A stretch of DNA of 64,000 nt. Origin: Bugula neritina (lineage: Eukaryota > Animalia > Bryozoa). The stretch is from positions 20,319,700-20,383,699 of the forward strand of contig OZ037768.1 in the NCBI GenBank assembly GCA_964035545.1. Direction: 5' to 3'. The first letter of the stretch is position 1. Each line of letters opens with the position of its first letter. A model generated the notes under the pieces. That model saw nothing but the letters and a program-made list of their open reading frames with translations, was not told where the DNA came from and searched no databases. Positions 25,152 to 38,300 of this stretch are shown here, piece by piece. The position numbers were made by a program, and so were the translations under genes.

Positions 25152-28100
25152 TCATTTATCTCCAACTCTCAACTTGTCCATCTCTGTTGATAATACTTTG
25201 TTGATCTTCAAGGCTTTGTCAGCCTCAGGCCCTCCGATATGTCTAATGGCTATTTCCGCTGCTTCCCTCACCTGAGAGATCGGGTCGTTCCGCCTACAAA
25301 TCATAAATGAAAATTTAGAACTAAACTTCAAGTAAGAAGAATAAAGATTATATTCAGCAGAGCAAGGGCTTATTCATACCAGCAACTGTTACATAAGAAG
25401 TCGCGTTAGGCAAAATCTCCAGCTCATATTATACAGTTTTCTCTAACATAACAGAGTCGTCTTACTAGTTAAGTGTGCAACATATGAATTGACAAGAGAA
25501 AGCACAGTACTTGATTATATTACGATCAGGAACCTTCACTTAGTTTTTATAGGAATAATGATTTAACTCCTTATGAAACAGGAACTTTAAACATTTGATG
25601 ACTAATGCATACTTCACATTGTCACCAAACTTGCCTAACAAAACTCGTTCTACAGCAGAATACTTTCATTAGAGTTGCTGTCTTAGATAAATTATGATGC
25701 TGGCAGTGCACAGTCATGAATAGTTTTACGGTTTACTAAAACTATTAAAATGACTTTTGGTCACATGATCTGAACAGACCTGTTAAAACCATTCAACGTT
25801 GTTAAGCTTCATTGGCTTGAATTCAGGTACTGCACACACAAAACTAGTGCGACTATTCTAATAACGATTGACCAGTGCAGCTAACAAAATCAAACCAGTT
25901 ATTAACATAGCAACTGCCTCTCAGCACTTGATAGTACAGACCAGATATCTGAAATCTTCTGGACGGATTTGGTTTCTCTCATCAGAGCTTCTGCTAGGCA
26001 AGCACTTTGCCTGACTAGTCTATCTTCATCACTGAGTAGTCGTACCAAACTGTCTTGCACCCTCTTTGTACCTTGACCTTTTAAATATAGAACAAACAGT
26101 ACATTGACTATACAATATATTACATAAAAAATCGCAGCAAATAATAGCAATTATTACACCAATAATATATATTATAATATTGATAATAATAGTATGTTAA
26201 CTCACCGGCCTTTCCTAGGCCAATAGCTGCAACAGCTCGTATATTAGGATCCTCATCTGTTGTGAGGTCACAGAGAGAGCAGATTACTGAGGGTGTCTGA
26301 AACCTCCCTGTGCAGCAGAAAACAGTTTACTTTAGGATCACAGTCTAATAGCACTTTAATAGCAATGTAGTAGTAGCCTAATAATATTCTAATAGCAATC
26401 TACTAGCAATCTAATAACAATGTAGTGGCAGCCTAATAACAATCTAAGGAAAAATATAGATAATAACAGGATCCTAGAAAGAAATTTATTAGAACATTTT
26501 TTACCTTTTACAAAGTTATGCACATGCATGAGAAGATAACTTTCTAATATGATCAAGGTAGCCACGTTTCCAATGAAACATTTATTTTACAAACAATGTT
26601 TATACCAACATAACATATATAAACAACATTAGACGAGTCATGAGTGCTCACCAATATTCTGTATAGCTTGAAGACGAACTGAACTCTCCATGTTGAACAC
26701 TTCTCTAATGGCGAAGTAGCCAACTGTATAGTCACATAGGCAACTGTAACAGCACATAGACAACTGTAACAACACATAGACAACTGTAACAACACATAGA
26801 CAACTGTAACAACACATAGGCAACTGTAACAGCAAATAGTGCAATTGTAATTTGTAAGGCGAATTCTAAGGCAATGATTGAAAACTAATTCAATAAGTGT
26901 GAGACTTCTAGACAGTAATTGTCTGCTTGTTATGCTTACAATAATATTATGTTGATACATGGAGCTATCTCAACAGAGAAGACAACTCTACGCTATGATC
27001 AAAGTCTCATTAAGGCGATAGTATTTTTGTGTTATCTTGTTAGTGAAATGGTTGACAATGAAGGACGAGAAGAGTGACATTTCTGTAAAATTGTCTCCCC
27101 ATTATTACTCAAAGTAATTACTAGTTATTAATTTGTAAAGTCGTCCAAACTTTTAAAAACCAACTATAAAAAAGACACTTTTATTCACTAAACTTTACAA
27201 TGGTATGTTCAATGCAGATGCTAAAAAGTGCAATCCTACATAACAATTACAGATTTTCAAAGTACGTCAAAAAGTCTTTTAGCAACTCACTTGAAGAAAT
27301 GGTCAGCCAGACATTCTGTATCAGATTCCTGCTTACCGCAGAAGGCGTCGTACGTTGACCTAGATATGCACGACTTCATGTCAAATATGTCCGTCTCCAT
27401 CAGCTTCATCAACATGTCTGCACCTTGCTGAAGAACAAACATTATCAATATAATGAGAAAGCCTCTAGATGTGTCCTAGCAAGACAAATATGTGCTATAC
27501 AACTACGGTACCATTTAACAAGTGCATCTGAACAAATTGAACACGTGTAACAACGCAGTAATTACCTAACAAAGGCTTGCATAAAGGTGACAATATAAGT
27601 TCATATTATCATTTTATACTATTCTCTATATTATATTCGATATTATTGCTTTACATTTTTTACATCACTTTTATGCTACTGTCCTTGTTATTATTTTTAT
27701 ATAATTATTATTTTTATTTCATATTATTATTTTTATTGCTGTTTTTGTAATATTTTATATCATTACATCTTACAGTCTCAACAAATATAAATGTTGGAAG
27801 AATTTTATAAACAATGGAAGAGAATGAAAATCCAAATTTCTTGTGGATCAACGGTCAGCAAAATTTTAGGATAGAATCACAAAGTCTAAAAAAAAAGAAA
27901 CATTCAATGCGGAACATATAAATTGGTGCCGACTTCATACAGAGCTGAATAAATGCTGAGAGCTCAAACTCTAACCTGATGAGTGGTAGAAGTCATCAAA
28001 GGCTATGACTATGACAATTACAAAACACTGTTTCATAAAAGAAAAGCAGCAAAATAAATAGAACACTCATCCATTGCCAAACTTTATGAGGTCAACTATG

Positions 28101-31100
28101 AGAACACGCGTGATTTCTCAATATCTTAATGACATAAAAGTGAACTTGTGCAACAAGTTTTCCAACATCTAGTGTTATTTCATTTATATAGCCGAACGTA
28201 AGTTCAACTGTCCTTGATAGAGATTATTAGGCAACAGCGGCTGACATCACTAGACTACATGAGGTGAGGTTTGAGCAATCAGTACTACTGGATATTATTC
28301 ATATCTGTTGCTATACTATGTCTACACTCCTTACATCAGCAGCAGCAAACGTTAGTCACTGATGACGCTGACCAATAAAACGGTATTTTTATGTATAAAA
28401 AAACATGATGAAACAATATTTCCTTGTTTTGTTTTTTAGTCAAAAGGCCAACAGTTGCTCATTCACGTATATAATAATTCATAGGAAATGACAAAAGTAG
28501 TATAAAATAGACCAGCTTGTCTTACATTGAGAAAACGAGTGATTGAAACTGTAAAAAGAGTACATGGTCCTTAAGAGTAACTGAGTACATGTGAACTCGT
28601 AATAGCTAAATGTATTGGAGGGAAAAATCTTATTGAATTTCACAACATATCAGACTTGAGGATACTAGATTAGATCAACAGGAAATGAGGTCACGCACAG
28701 TACACTACACTTCACGAATTCCAAAGAAAACCTTTTTACAGATCAACAACTGCAGTTGTTTGCATGTGCAGAACTGCTTTTGCATAACATTAATTTGAAT
28801 ATTACACCATTTCTAGCTAACAACACCTGAGCATTGCATAATGTGCTTGGCATGATGCAATGCTAGCTGTGTCATGATAATGCACTGAGTACTAAGAAAT
28901 GCAGCACATTCGTGTTTACATCTAGTAAGTTTGTAACATCTGTTGAAAGTTTCAAGGCTTGGCATCAAAATGAATACTTAATGAAGAGGAAATGAAGCTC
29001 TAACTTGCTTCTATTAGTCAAAATTCCTCTTGACAGATGGTAGCAGGTTGATAACAAGCACTCTGCTATGAGGGAAGTAAACATTGCAAAGTAGCTTATA
29101 TTAATATACAATTGAGTCATGTTTAAAAAATTTTCCTGCATTCAAATAACAATCTTTGCACAATAAAATACCAGAAAAAAAACCGGAAAAACATTGATAA
29201 TAATAGTACATCACACCATATCTATCATTGGAATGTATTCCACCAACTAGCAGCTGCAGTCAACTAAATAATCGTGGTTATAGCAGCAGCAACAGGTAGA
29301 ATAATTGATCCAACAACCAACGGAATTGATTTTACATTATTACATTAACCCTGTGACAGATTAGCTAGATGTGACACATTAGGTAGGTGTGACACATTAG
29401 CTAGGTGAGACATTAGATAGGTGTGACACATTACAGGTGTGATACATTAGGCAGATGTGACACATTAGATAGGTGTGATACATTAGATAGGTGTGACACA
29501 TTAGATAGGTGTGACACATTATGTAGGTGTGACACATTAGATAGGTGTGACACATTATGTAAGCGTGACACATTAGGTAGGTGTGACACATTAGGTAGAT
29601 GTGACACATTAGATAGGTGTGACACATTAGATAGGTGTTACACATTATGTAGGTGTGACACATTATGTAGGTGTGACACATTAGATAAGTGTGACACATT
29701 AGATAGGTGTGACACATTATGAGGTATCAGCTAACTGAGCATCTAGTATACAATATTATAGCATGATGTACCCTGAAAGAAAGTCATGATATACCTTTCC
29801 GAAGCTAAGCTCCAGAGTCTCATTGTAGTCAACATAGAAGGTTCTGGCAAATGTTATCCAGTCAACCTCTAAATGTGCTCCCCAGTGGCGATCCCAGAAG
29901 TCTAGAATGTTCCGCTTGTATTGAGGTGAGCCGACAGCAAAGTCTTTGGACTCGGATCTCTTCACACTGCACTGGCGGTTGAAGTTATATTGAAACTTGT
30001 CGATGTCTACGCCGTGAAAATCAGCACTAAAATATGAACTTATCAGTTATTATTTTGTTGTGGTTTTCACCTTATATGACTGTTTATAAAAAAAAGTTAA
30101 CCAAATACTATCAGATGTAGCAGCCTGAAATGCTTTACCCAAGAGTCTGGGGCAAATAGGTAACAAATAAAATTCAAAGTGACTCTAAAGCATCAAAGAT
30201 CAGTAGTCTAAAGTCTCAACAATGGGAAGACTCATATATGCAACAACACTGCCAGTAGCAATGACAGCATAGTAGTAATAGCTAAAATATAGCTATTTTT
30301 AGAATGTGAAATATGTTTATTGATAACCGAGATAGAGGGCACCTGTTCATCGTATATTGTTATTTACAATAGGGTACCTGTGACAGGTGTCATATTCCTG
30401 CAAAGCTTGAGTTACTTCCTCAAGGAACCTCTCTAGTTTCTGTGGATATTCTTCATCTTTTACAAAGAAAATCCAATTGATTTTTGCTAGTGTCAAAAGC
30501 CTAAAATATTAAGTCTACATTTGAGGTGATGTAACATTAACCATGTGTTGCTGTCATTTTTTATAACTTTAAAAGACACTTTAACATTGGTTTGATTCAA
30601 CAACCACATATATAGGTAAATTATTCATCAAAAACAAATTAGGCCTCGTAAGTGACATGGAAACTTTGGTAGTCTTGTATCAGTGAGACTTGCAAAATCA
30701 CATTGCAAAAGTATGTTGAAATGCTAAAAGGTATAACCCCTTTTCAACCTTTATCAGATAACAGCAAATTATATAAAAACCAACTAAACGTGATACTAGC
30801 ACAATAGTTTATCATTAGAAGTCATGTCCAAATCTACTGTTTTCAATCAAAATACTTCACAGTAAGATCCTGAGATCATAGAAGCAAAAAATACAGTATT
30901 TTTCAGATTCGTGGGCACCCATAGTACATCACGAGACTACTTACATGGCGCTGTCCATGTGTTTGGATACGTCTGGGTAGTACTCCCTCCCAACAGGAAT
31001 GATGATGGAGTTGGTAATGTAGGCTAAAGCAACACTATCTCTAATCGTTTGCTGATTCACGCATTCAGCCGACATAACCACGATGAAGACCTGTTTGATA

Positions 31101-32418
31101 GAACAGAATAAAATAGTCCACAACTTTTGAAAAAAGTTGAAACCTACTCAGCTCTAAAAGCTTAAGCAGGTACAGCTTGCTGGTATAGCAGCATGAATTA
31201 GGTGACCAATAAAAATTGAGATACTAACAAATTCACCAACCATCTTGTTGGTAACTGGGTCATTTTACTTAATTTAGTACACACTGGAAATCTCCAGTTT
31301 TTAGCTATTTTTCACAACTTAACTGTTTATTAACATGGTTTTTTGCCCAAAACTAGTAAAATATCAATAAATACACCTAAATAATCAAGGTTCTTTTTAA
31401 TTTTGCTTGATTTTCTATGCTTTTTCCTAATTATTCAGCTATTTTCGATTGCGGACCTTTACTAAAATACCATAACGATCCGCAATCCAAATTAGCTAAA
31501 TAAATAGAAAAAACATGGGAAATCAAGCAAAATTGAAAAGAACCTTGATCGTTTAGGTGTATTTATTGATATTTTACTAGTTTTGAGCAAAAACCCATGT
31601 TCATTAGCAGTTAAATTGTGATAAATAGCTAAAAACTGGAGATTTCCAGTGTGTACTAAATTAAGTAAAATGACCCAAGTTCTACACTCAAGTTTCGAGA
31701 ATCGTTCAATAGACTGGTTTTACTATCATAGAGTTCCAGAGAGTGGAGGCAATGAGTAGTGACGCAACCAACCTTAGAATCTACTATAGCCCTAGTAACT
31801 TCCTCTATACTGCTATCTTCAACGGGGTACCACACATCAAACTGGTCTTTGAGAGATTCTGAACAATAAAGTTTAGCGACTATTTTTACATAGCAGCATG
31901 CTATTAACCACAGTTGCAATTTAATATGAAACCTGGTGCAGCAGAAGTCTATGATAATCTAAATTATTACAATTTATTTTATACACAAGCAAAGCATCTA
32001 CACAGCGAGCTTCAGCTTACTAAAATTAAAAGACTAAAATATTTCCTAAACAAATTTGAACAACTTTTACTAAACTTTTATTTATTTTTAATCTGTACCA
32101 AAATGTCTAACATTAGAGCAAACACAAGCTAAACATGGCAATAAATTAAAGTAGAATTAGAATTACCTGTGTCAATAAATATACAACAATACAAAAACAA
32201 ACTTAAACGTATATTTGCAAGTTTTCCCACAACTACCTTTAAAGTTGTTTTAAAATTGATAATGACATTTTAAATAAATATTTTACAACTATAAAAATCT
32301 TTTGAAATGATACAGTACCTGCTAGTTTGTTTCCAAACCCTTTATCACCGTTACAAAACGTTAGCATGATATCACACACTCTCCCAGCTTGGTTTGTATC
32401 TTCTAGAGCCAGTGCCAT
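25152..32418 (-). CDS. TIR / EF-hand-like / HEAT protein A (TIR lacks catalytic Glu); exons 32418-32319, 31858-31773, 31090-30945, 30500-30378, 30026-29795, 27427-27291, 26743-26652, 26307-26206, 26077-25942, 25293-25152 (431 aa; may extend upstream)
   Basis: Ten exons splice into one 1296-nt stop-free frame. Aligns end to end with protein B (DIMLTF/DIMISY, AIVDSK/AIIDSK, VALAYI/LALAYI, FWDRHWG/FWDRNFG, EVFNMESSVRL/EVFNMDSSVRL, WRNDPISQVREAA/WRNDYISSVRDAA). HEAT motifs DEDPNIRAVAAIGLG and DEDRLVRQSACLA. Confidence 0.85.
26721..26835 (-). repeat. 20-bp tandem repeat spanning a splice acceptor of gene A
   Basis: Unit tctatgtgttgttacagttg on the - strand, about 6 copies, each containing a tacag acceptor-like site. 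Confidence 0.85.
29350..29720. repeat. 18-bp intronic minisatellite (gtgtgacacattagatag)n
   Basis: About 20 copies; source of the repetitive MCHTYL/RCDTLD ORFs. Confidence 0.95.
31254..31680. mobile_element. Foldback/MITE palindrome with ~200-bp arms
   Basis: 31254-31457 is a close reverse complement of 31478-31680, with a ~20-bp spacer. Confidence 0.85.
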
Positions 32419-32515
32419 GTTTCGTCGACTTCCAACTGTTGATAACAAAACTGATTTTAGTTAAAGTGTTTGGCACAAAATTAACTTCTATAATTATAAA
32501 TGCATCACATATAAT

Positions 32516-32740
32516 GGACAGCAGCCGTGGTCTAAGGGTTAGATCATTTGCCTAGTAAACACGAAGTCATGAGTTCGAGCCCAGACAAAGGCCATTGGTG
32601 ATGTTAGGAAGAACATCCAGTCATAATTGCTCCTGTGTCAAGTATGAATAAGTCCTTAGCCCTATTTAACAAAAATCCTTTCCATCAGGGGTTTCTCACA
32701 GGTTTGGGGACTATAAACCTGCGTGAGCTTTTTATATAAT
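32516..32740 (+). mobile_element. tRNA(Thr)-derived SINE, longer copy
   Basis: Same head and core as 8822-8925; AT-rich tail near 32730. Confidence 0.75.
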
Positions 32741-34124
32741 AAATATATCAACACACGGAGGCCATTGAAACTTCAAGAACACAATTTATTGAATAAGTGT
32801 CTAAAAAGACGTTTGCAATTAGTTCTTGTTGAGACTAATAGAAGTGTAAATAATGACCAGAAATAAAAAAATACTAAAGATTATTTTAAAGTAATGTTAC
32901 TTCCATTGTTTACCTGACAATGAACTACAAATAAAAGATATTATTGATTAATCAACAATTTTTACACACTTATTATAATCACTTGACTAATATAAAGCTT
33001 TTTTCAACTGTTTCCCAGTTTATTTAAATTAATGACTACTCTAAATATCTGCACCCGAAGTGTATAACTATAATAATAAGGATGCTGAAGGTACATTAAT
33101 AAAAATAACATAGTAAAAAATGAGGATCAAAATCTAAATTTTCAAAAACTCAAGTTGAGGTGTTTTGGATCAAATCTCTTGATTCCATAACCAACTTGAT
33201 TGAACTTGAAGAATTGCTGACACATTACATTGATTTTGCAGCATTAAATTATTCACAGATATCTTGACTATCAACTGAATACAACTTGAATACAACCCAA
33301 GCATATTGGGTTTATAATGAATTTTCTTAATACATGTTTCGAATTAAGTCATGATGATGGCTCACTAGTTGATGACGCTTTTGTGCAGCTCAGTGTCTGC
33401 AGCGATGTAGAACTGATACTAATTATTGCTGATTTTTATTGCCTTATGAAACCCTGAAGTTGTATTTAGCTAATAGCCAAGATGTGTAAAAAAATTATTA
33501 CTGCATAAATGTAACGTGTCAGGAATTTTTTAAAGCTACTGTTAGAAGCAAGCAAGTATATTCAAAATAATTCTAATCGACTCAGGCTATTGCTTGACTT
33601 GACTTGTACCTAATTTTTTTAATTTCAGCAATGACTGATTTCAAGTACATTAGCTATTGACTCAATAGGCCTAGCTGATAGAGCGAATCATTGACTTAAT
33701 TTTGACTAAACATATAAGACTAAAAGTGGCTTACAGTTACCAAGTCCAAAATTTACAAAACGACTAATAGGCCTACTTTTACTAACACTATTAGTAGTAT
33801 TACCATTATCACTAGCTGATAATCATAATAGTAATAATAATTATCAATTTTTATAGTTTTATAATGAAGACTAATACTCCGTTATTAATTATTACTAATA
33901 GTATTACTAGTAGTAATAGTAATACTTCATTATTTATACTCATACTGTAATCATAATGATCATGAGAAACGACATTCATATCTAATTATATATTCATACT
34001 TATAACCGAGTTTATATTCATACTGAGATAAATTATAACCTAATTACTCCAAGACTAAAGTTAGTGTGATAACTTAAGATACTGAATAATATATTCAATT
34101 TGACATTTGATGCATATTCATACT

Positions 34125-36860
34125 CTTTCACTATTGCATGCTATTACCGTAGACCCTGTATAAAACAAGTAGAAGATATAGTAAATTGGTATTATGATCA
34201 AACCAATCCGAACATTGTTATGGTTGGGGATTTTAACCTACCTGACATTGACTGGAATGATAGTAGCAGGCCTGTACTTAAAACAACTAGAGAAACTAAC
34301 TTGCACCAATTGTTCGTAGATTTTATAATTTCGAATAATCTTTCTCAGGCTATCAATAAACCTACTCACGACAAAGGTAATACGCTTGATCTAGTTGTTA
34401 CAAATGTAACTACCACTAACCCCCGAGTTGAGTCATCCTGCTCTGACCATTTTATTATCAATTTCAATGTGTTGGCGGATAATGTTATTAAAAGGACAGC
34501 ATCCCTAACCAAACCAAAACCATATTGGCAGTTTGAAAAGGCAGACATAACGAACATCACCGTGGACTGTTACTCCCTACATTGTAAAATCACCTCAGAT
34601 ATCTCTAAGAAATGTAGCGCTGAACAGTTATGGCATAATCTCAAATCTGGAATACTTCAGGTAGCCCATTCCAATATCCCATACAAATTTAGAAAGAAAA
34701 AATCAAAACTCTGGATATCCCAAGAAACTAAAAGTGAGATCAGAAAAAGAAAACACCTCCACCTAGCTTGCCTTAACGATCGCACCCCGCACAACATTTT
34801 AAAACATGCCACCCAGTCCCGGTACTGCAAGAAATTGTGTAACAGGGACTATAATATTTATATAAACAAACACATATGCAATACATTAGAGCAGGGTGAT
34901 TCAAAACCTCTTTATCGGTTCATAGCAAGTAAAAAGGGCAGCTCAAATACTGTACGCCAACTAGACAACATCCCCCCCTAACAACAATACTGCTATAGCT
35001 GAATCTTTTGCGGACTCCTTTGCTTCTGTGTTTTCTATTGGTGATGGTAATATCCCTCCCTGCATTCCACCTCAAACTATATCATCTCCTATACAATTTG
35101 ATCCTCGGGGAGTCCTAACACAGCTCACCAAACTCGATCCACGAAAAGGTGCTGGCCCAGATGAGCTTTCTCCTGCACTTCTAAAATATCTTGCACATTA
35201 TATATATGAGCCCCTGACAAAAGTTTTTCAGTACTTTTACGATACATCTCAGACACCACAAGACTGGAAAACAGCAAACATTGTACCGATCTTCAAGAAA
35301 GGAAGTCGTACAGACCCGCTGAATTACAGGCCAATATCACTCACTTCTATCATATCCAAAATCTTCGAGCATATCGTATCACATAATATCAACTGTTTCC
35401 TCGAATCAAATGACCTGTTTTACCCACACCAACATGGTTTCAGGACAAATCATGGCTGCGATACTCAGTTGTTGAATACAGTGAGTGAATTTATAGATTT
35501 TTTTGACGAAATGATACCGGTTGATCTCGCTGTCTTGGATTTTTCAAAGGCCTTTGACGTTGTGTCGCACCATAAACTACAGGTTAAACTGCTAAATATC
35601 GGAATAGCTGATAAAACTGTCAAATGGATTTTTTCATGGCTTCAGAACCGTCTTCTTTCAGTCTGTGTCAACAACGTCAAATCGGCCACTAGACATGTGA
35701 CCTCAGGAGTGCCCCAAGGCAGTGTATTAGGACCATTGTTATTTAATGTGTACATAAATGACATGCACTCTGCGGTAGCCAACAGCAAGCTTAAACTATA
35801 TGCAGATGATTCCTTGTTGTACAAACCAATCACAACACCTGCTGATTCTAGTTTATTTCAGAATGACTTAGACCATCTTATAACTTGGGCAGACAGTTCT
35901 CAGATGAAGTTCAATATAAATAAATGTGAGCATATGACAATTCAACGCTCCACTGTAAATCCTCTAGTGTCTCAATACAGCATGAATAATGACCCCTTAC
36001 AATGTGTTGACAAAGTATTATACCTTGGTGTCACGATTGATAATAAACTGTCATTCGATCAACATATAATAAACATTTGCTCAAAAGCTAATAAATTATT
36101 ACACATGCTGATGCGCTGTCTAAAAAAGGCTAAAAGTAAAACCAGAGCCATAGCTTATAAAACAGTCTGTCGCCCTATACTAGAATTTGCGACCCACACC
36201 TGGTCTCCATTTAAATTGAAAAACATCAACATCATAGAAGGTATAAATAGAAAAGCCTTCAGGTGGACATTCTGTAAGAGAAAACGAAATCATATAACTG
36301 AGCTCATGACAAATTCTAATTGGGATAGCCTTGCACAAAGACGTGACAATGCAGACCAAAAAATGTACTTTCGTATGCTTTCTGGTAGTGCCGCTATCGA
36401 CCAAGACCGGTTCTCCCTTCATTTTGCAGAGTCTCACAATACCAGACATGGTGCTATTAAGGGCAATATCAATACCAAAACTGCCAAACATTCATATAAA
36501 CATCGCATCCATAAACTTTTCTAATGATTCTAGCTGCTTTGCCTAACTGATTATAAGCACTTAACACCGACTCTGCTTTATATCATCTGAAGCTGTGCGG
36601 TGTATATCTATTTATTTATATTCTTTTTTTTTTTTTTTTTTTTTTCTTTTTCTTTTTTTCTTTCTCTCCTGGCAGTAGCTAGCTATTGATCTTTGAATCG
36701 AAGCATAATTAACTTTATTCTTATCTCGTAGACAAAATAGTTTTCTTCCTTACTACTGATAATCTAAACAATTGTTCATACACCACTGCATCTCGATAAA
36801 GGAGCCAAAGCGCTCCGAGTGAGATTAATTAGATGAGATGAGATGAGATGAGATGAGATA
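34125..36860 (+). mobile_element. 5'-truncated non-LTR retrotransposon (CR1/L2-like): partial APE endonuclease + reverse transcriptase, one frameshift
   Basis: GDFNLPDIDW, GNTLDLV, SDH (endonuclease); NYRPISLTS, QHGFR, LDFSKAFD, GVPQGSVLGPLLF, YADD, YLGVTID (RT). The two ORFs fuse if the C7 run at 34972-34978 were C6. 3' UTR ends in (AGATG)n at 36831-36859. Confidence 0.95.
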
Positions 36861-38169
36861 TTAATAATAATAATAATTAATATAAATAATAGTATTTAAC
36901 TTTCAGTTTCACTCCGACTTTAAATCTTAGGTGTTGAACTTCAACTCAAAATAATAATTATTATTCCATTAATTATTAATAGCAGTATAAAATTAAATAT
37001 CACATTCACTATGAAGCATCAAAATCAATATGACCAACAGAAAATCCTAATGACATCATTTATAGTTATACTTATAGACTAGTAATAGTCATCACACTTC
37101 ACAGCCGCTTATCAAACTCAAGTTATCTGTCACTATAACTATGAGTATGCCTATCAACTATGATTATGCCATTGTCATTGTAAATTTGTTATACTTATAG
37201 TTATTGTTATTGTAACTATAACTCAACTGTAAGTATAGGTAATAATAAATATAATCATAATACCAACTTTAGTTAAAAGTTACACTTAGACTTACAGCCT
37301 ACAGCATGAGTATTGAGTATCAGTATGAGTACTGAGTACAGCCACAGGGCTTTGAGTTTCTGTTGAAATTTAAAATAAATTACCCTTAGTCTTACAGTTA
37401 CAGTCTATGATACTCTATGTTTATGAGTATGATAATGATGATGACTATAACTATAAGTATAAGTATAAAGCTATACTATTAGTATTAGTATTACTTATAG
37501 TTGAAAAGTTATAGTTATAACCTACAACTCACAAGTATAGTTATTATAACAAATAATAATATAGTATAATTAGTAATTACTAGTATGTATTAGTAATACT
37601 ATTACTGTATTAGTACTTTCATTTTGTTGATTAAATTATGAATTGAAGTAGAATCAAGTTACAAATTGGATTTAGTCAATTTTAGTAGCTAACACGATCT
37701 TGACCTTACACTGTTTCTTGCACTAACAAAATATTCAGGGGTTAAATTGAAATAGCTGTTAATAAAATTTTAAGTACAGTGGGTTATTAAATACATGTCT
37801 ATTATAATGTTATTACTGTGCGATCTGAGTTGAGCAAGGGGCAACAACTCTTTGTACAATACAGAGACTTTAGTAAAAACTTTCAATCCATAAAACCATA
37901 ATATGCAGTCCTTAATAGTGTCGGTTTCCTCATAAAACTATTCTGTTGAAAATATTTCATATTGCAAAATTCTATCAGTTAGAGTTGACTTTTTCCCAAA
38001 AATATTTCTCTCCATTAATTGATAAGTATTTCTATTTGATTTGCAAACTGCATGAAGAAACATAAAATTTTTGATGAGTTCAAGCGTTTGTTATTTATTA
38101 TATTCCTCAAATGTATATAACTCACTATTTCTGGCATTAACCATTGCCATCAATTCAAATTATTCTCCA

Positions 38170-38174
<5 letters not shown>

Positions 38175-38268
<94 letters not shown>

Positions 38269-38300
38269 TGTGTGTGTGTTGTGTGTGGTGTGTGTGTGTG
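38175..38300. repeat. (TG)n microsatellite
   Basis: Direct inspection. Confidence 0.95.

Noticed and set aside
29350-29722. CRISPR-like array or Cys/His-rich repeat ORFs
   Set aside because: Contiguous 18-bp units with no unique spacers, intronic, eukaryotic context, no cas genes.
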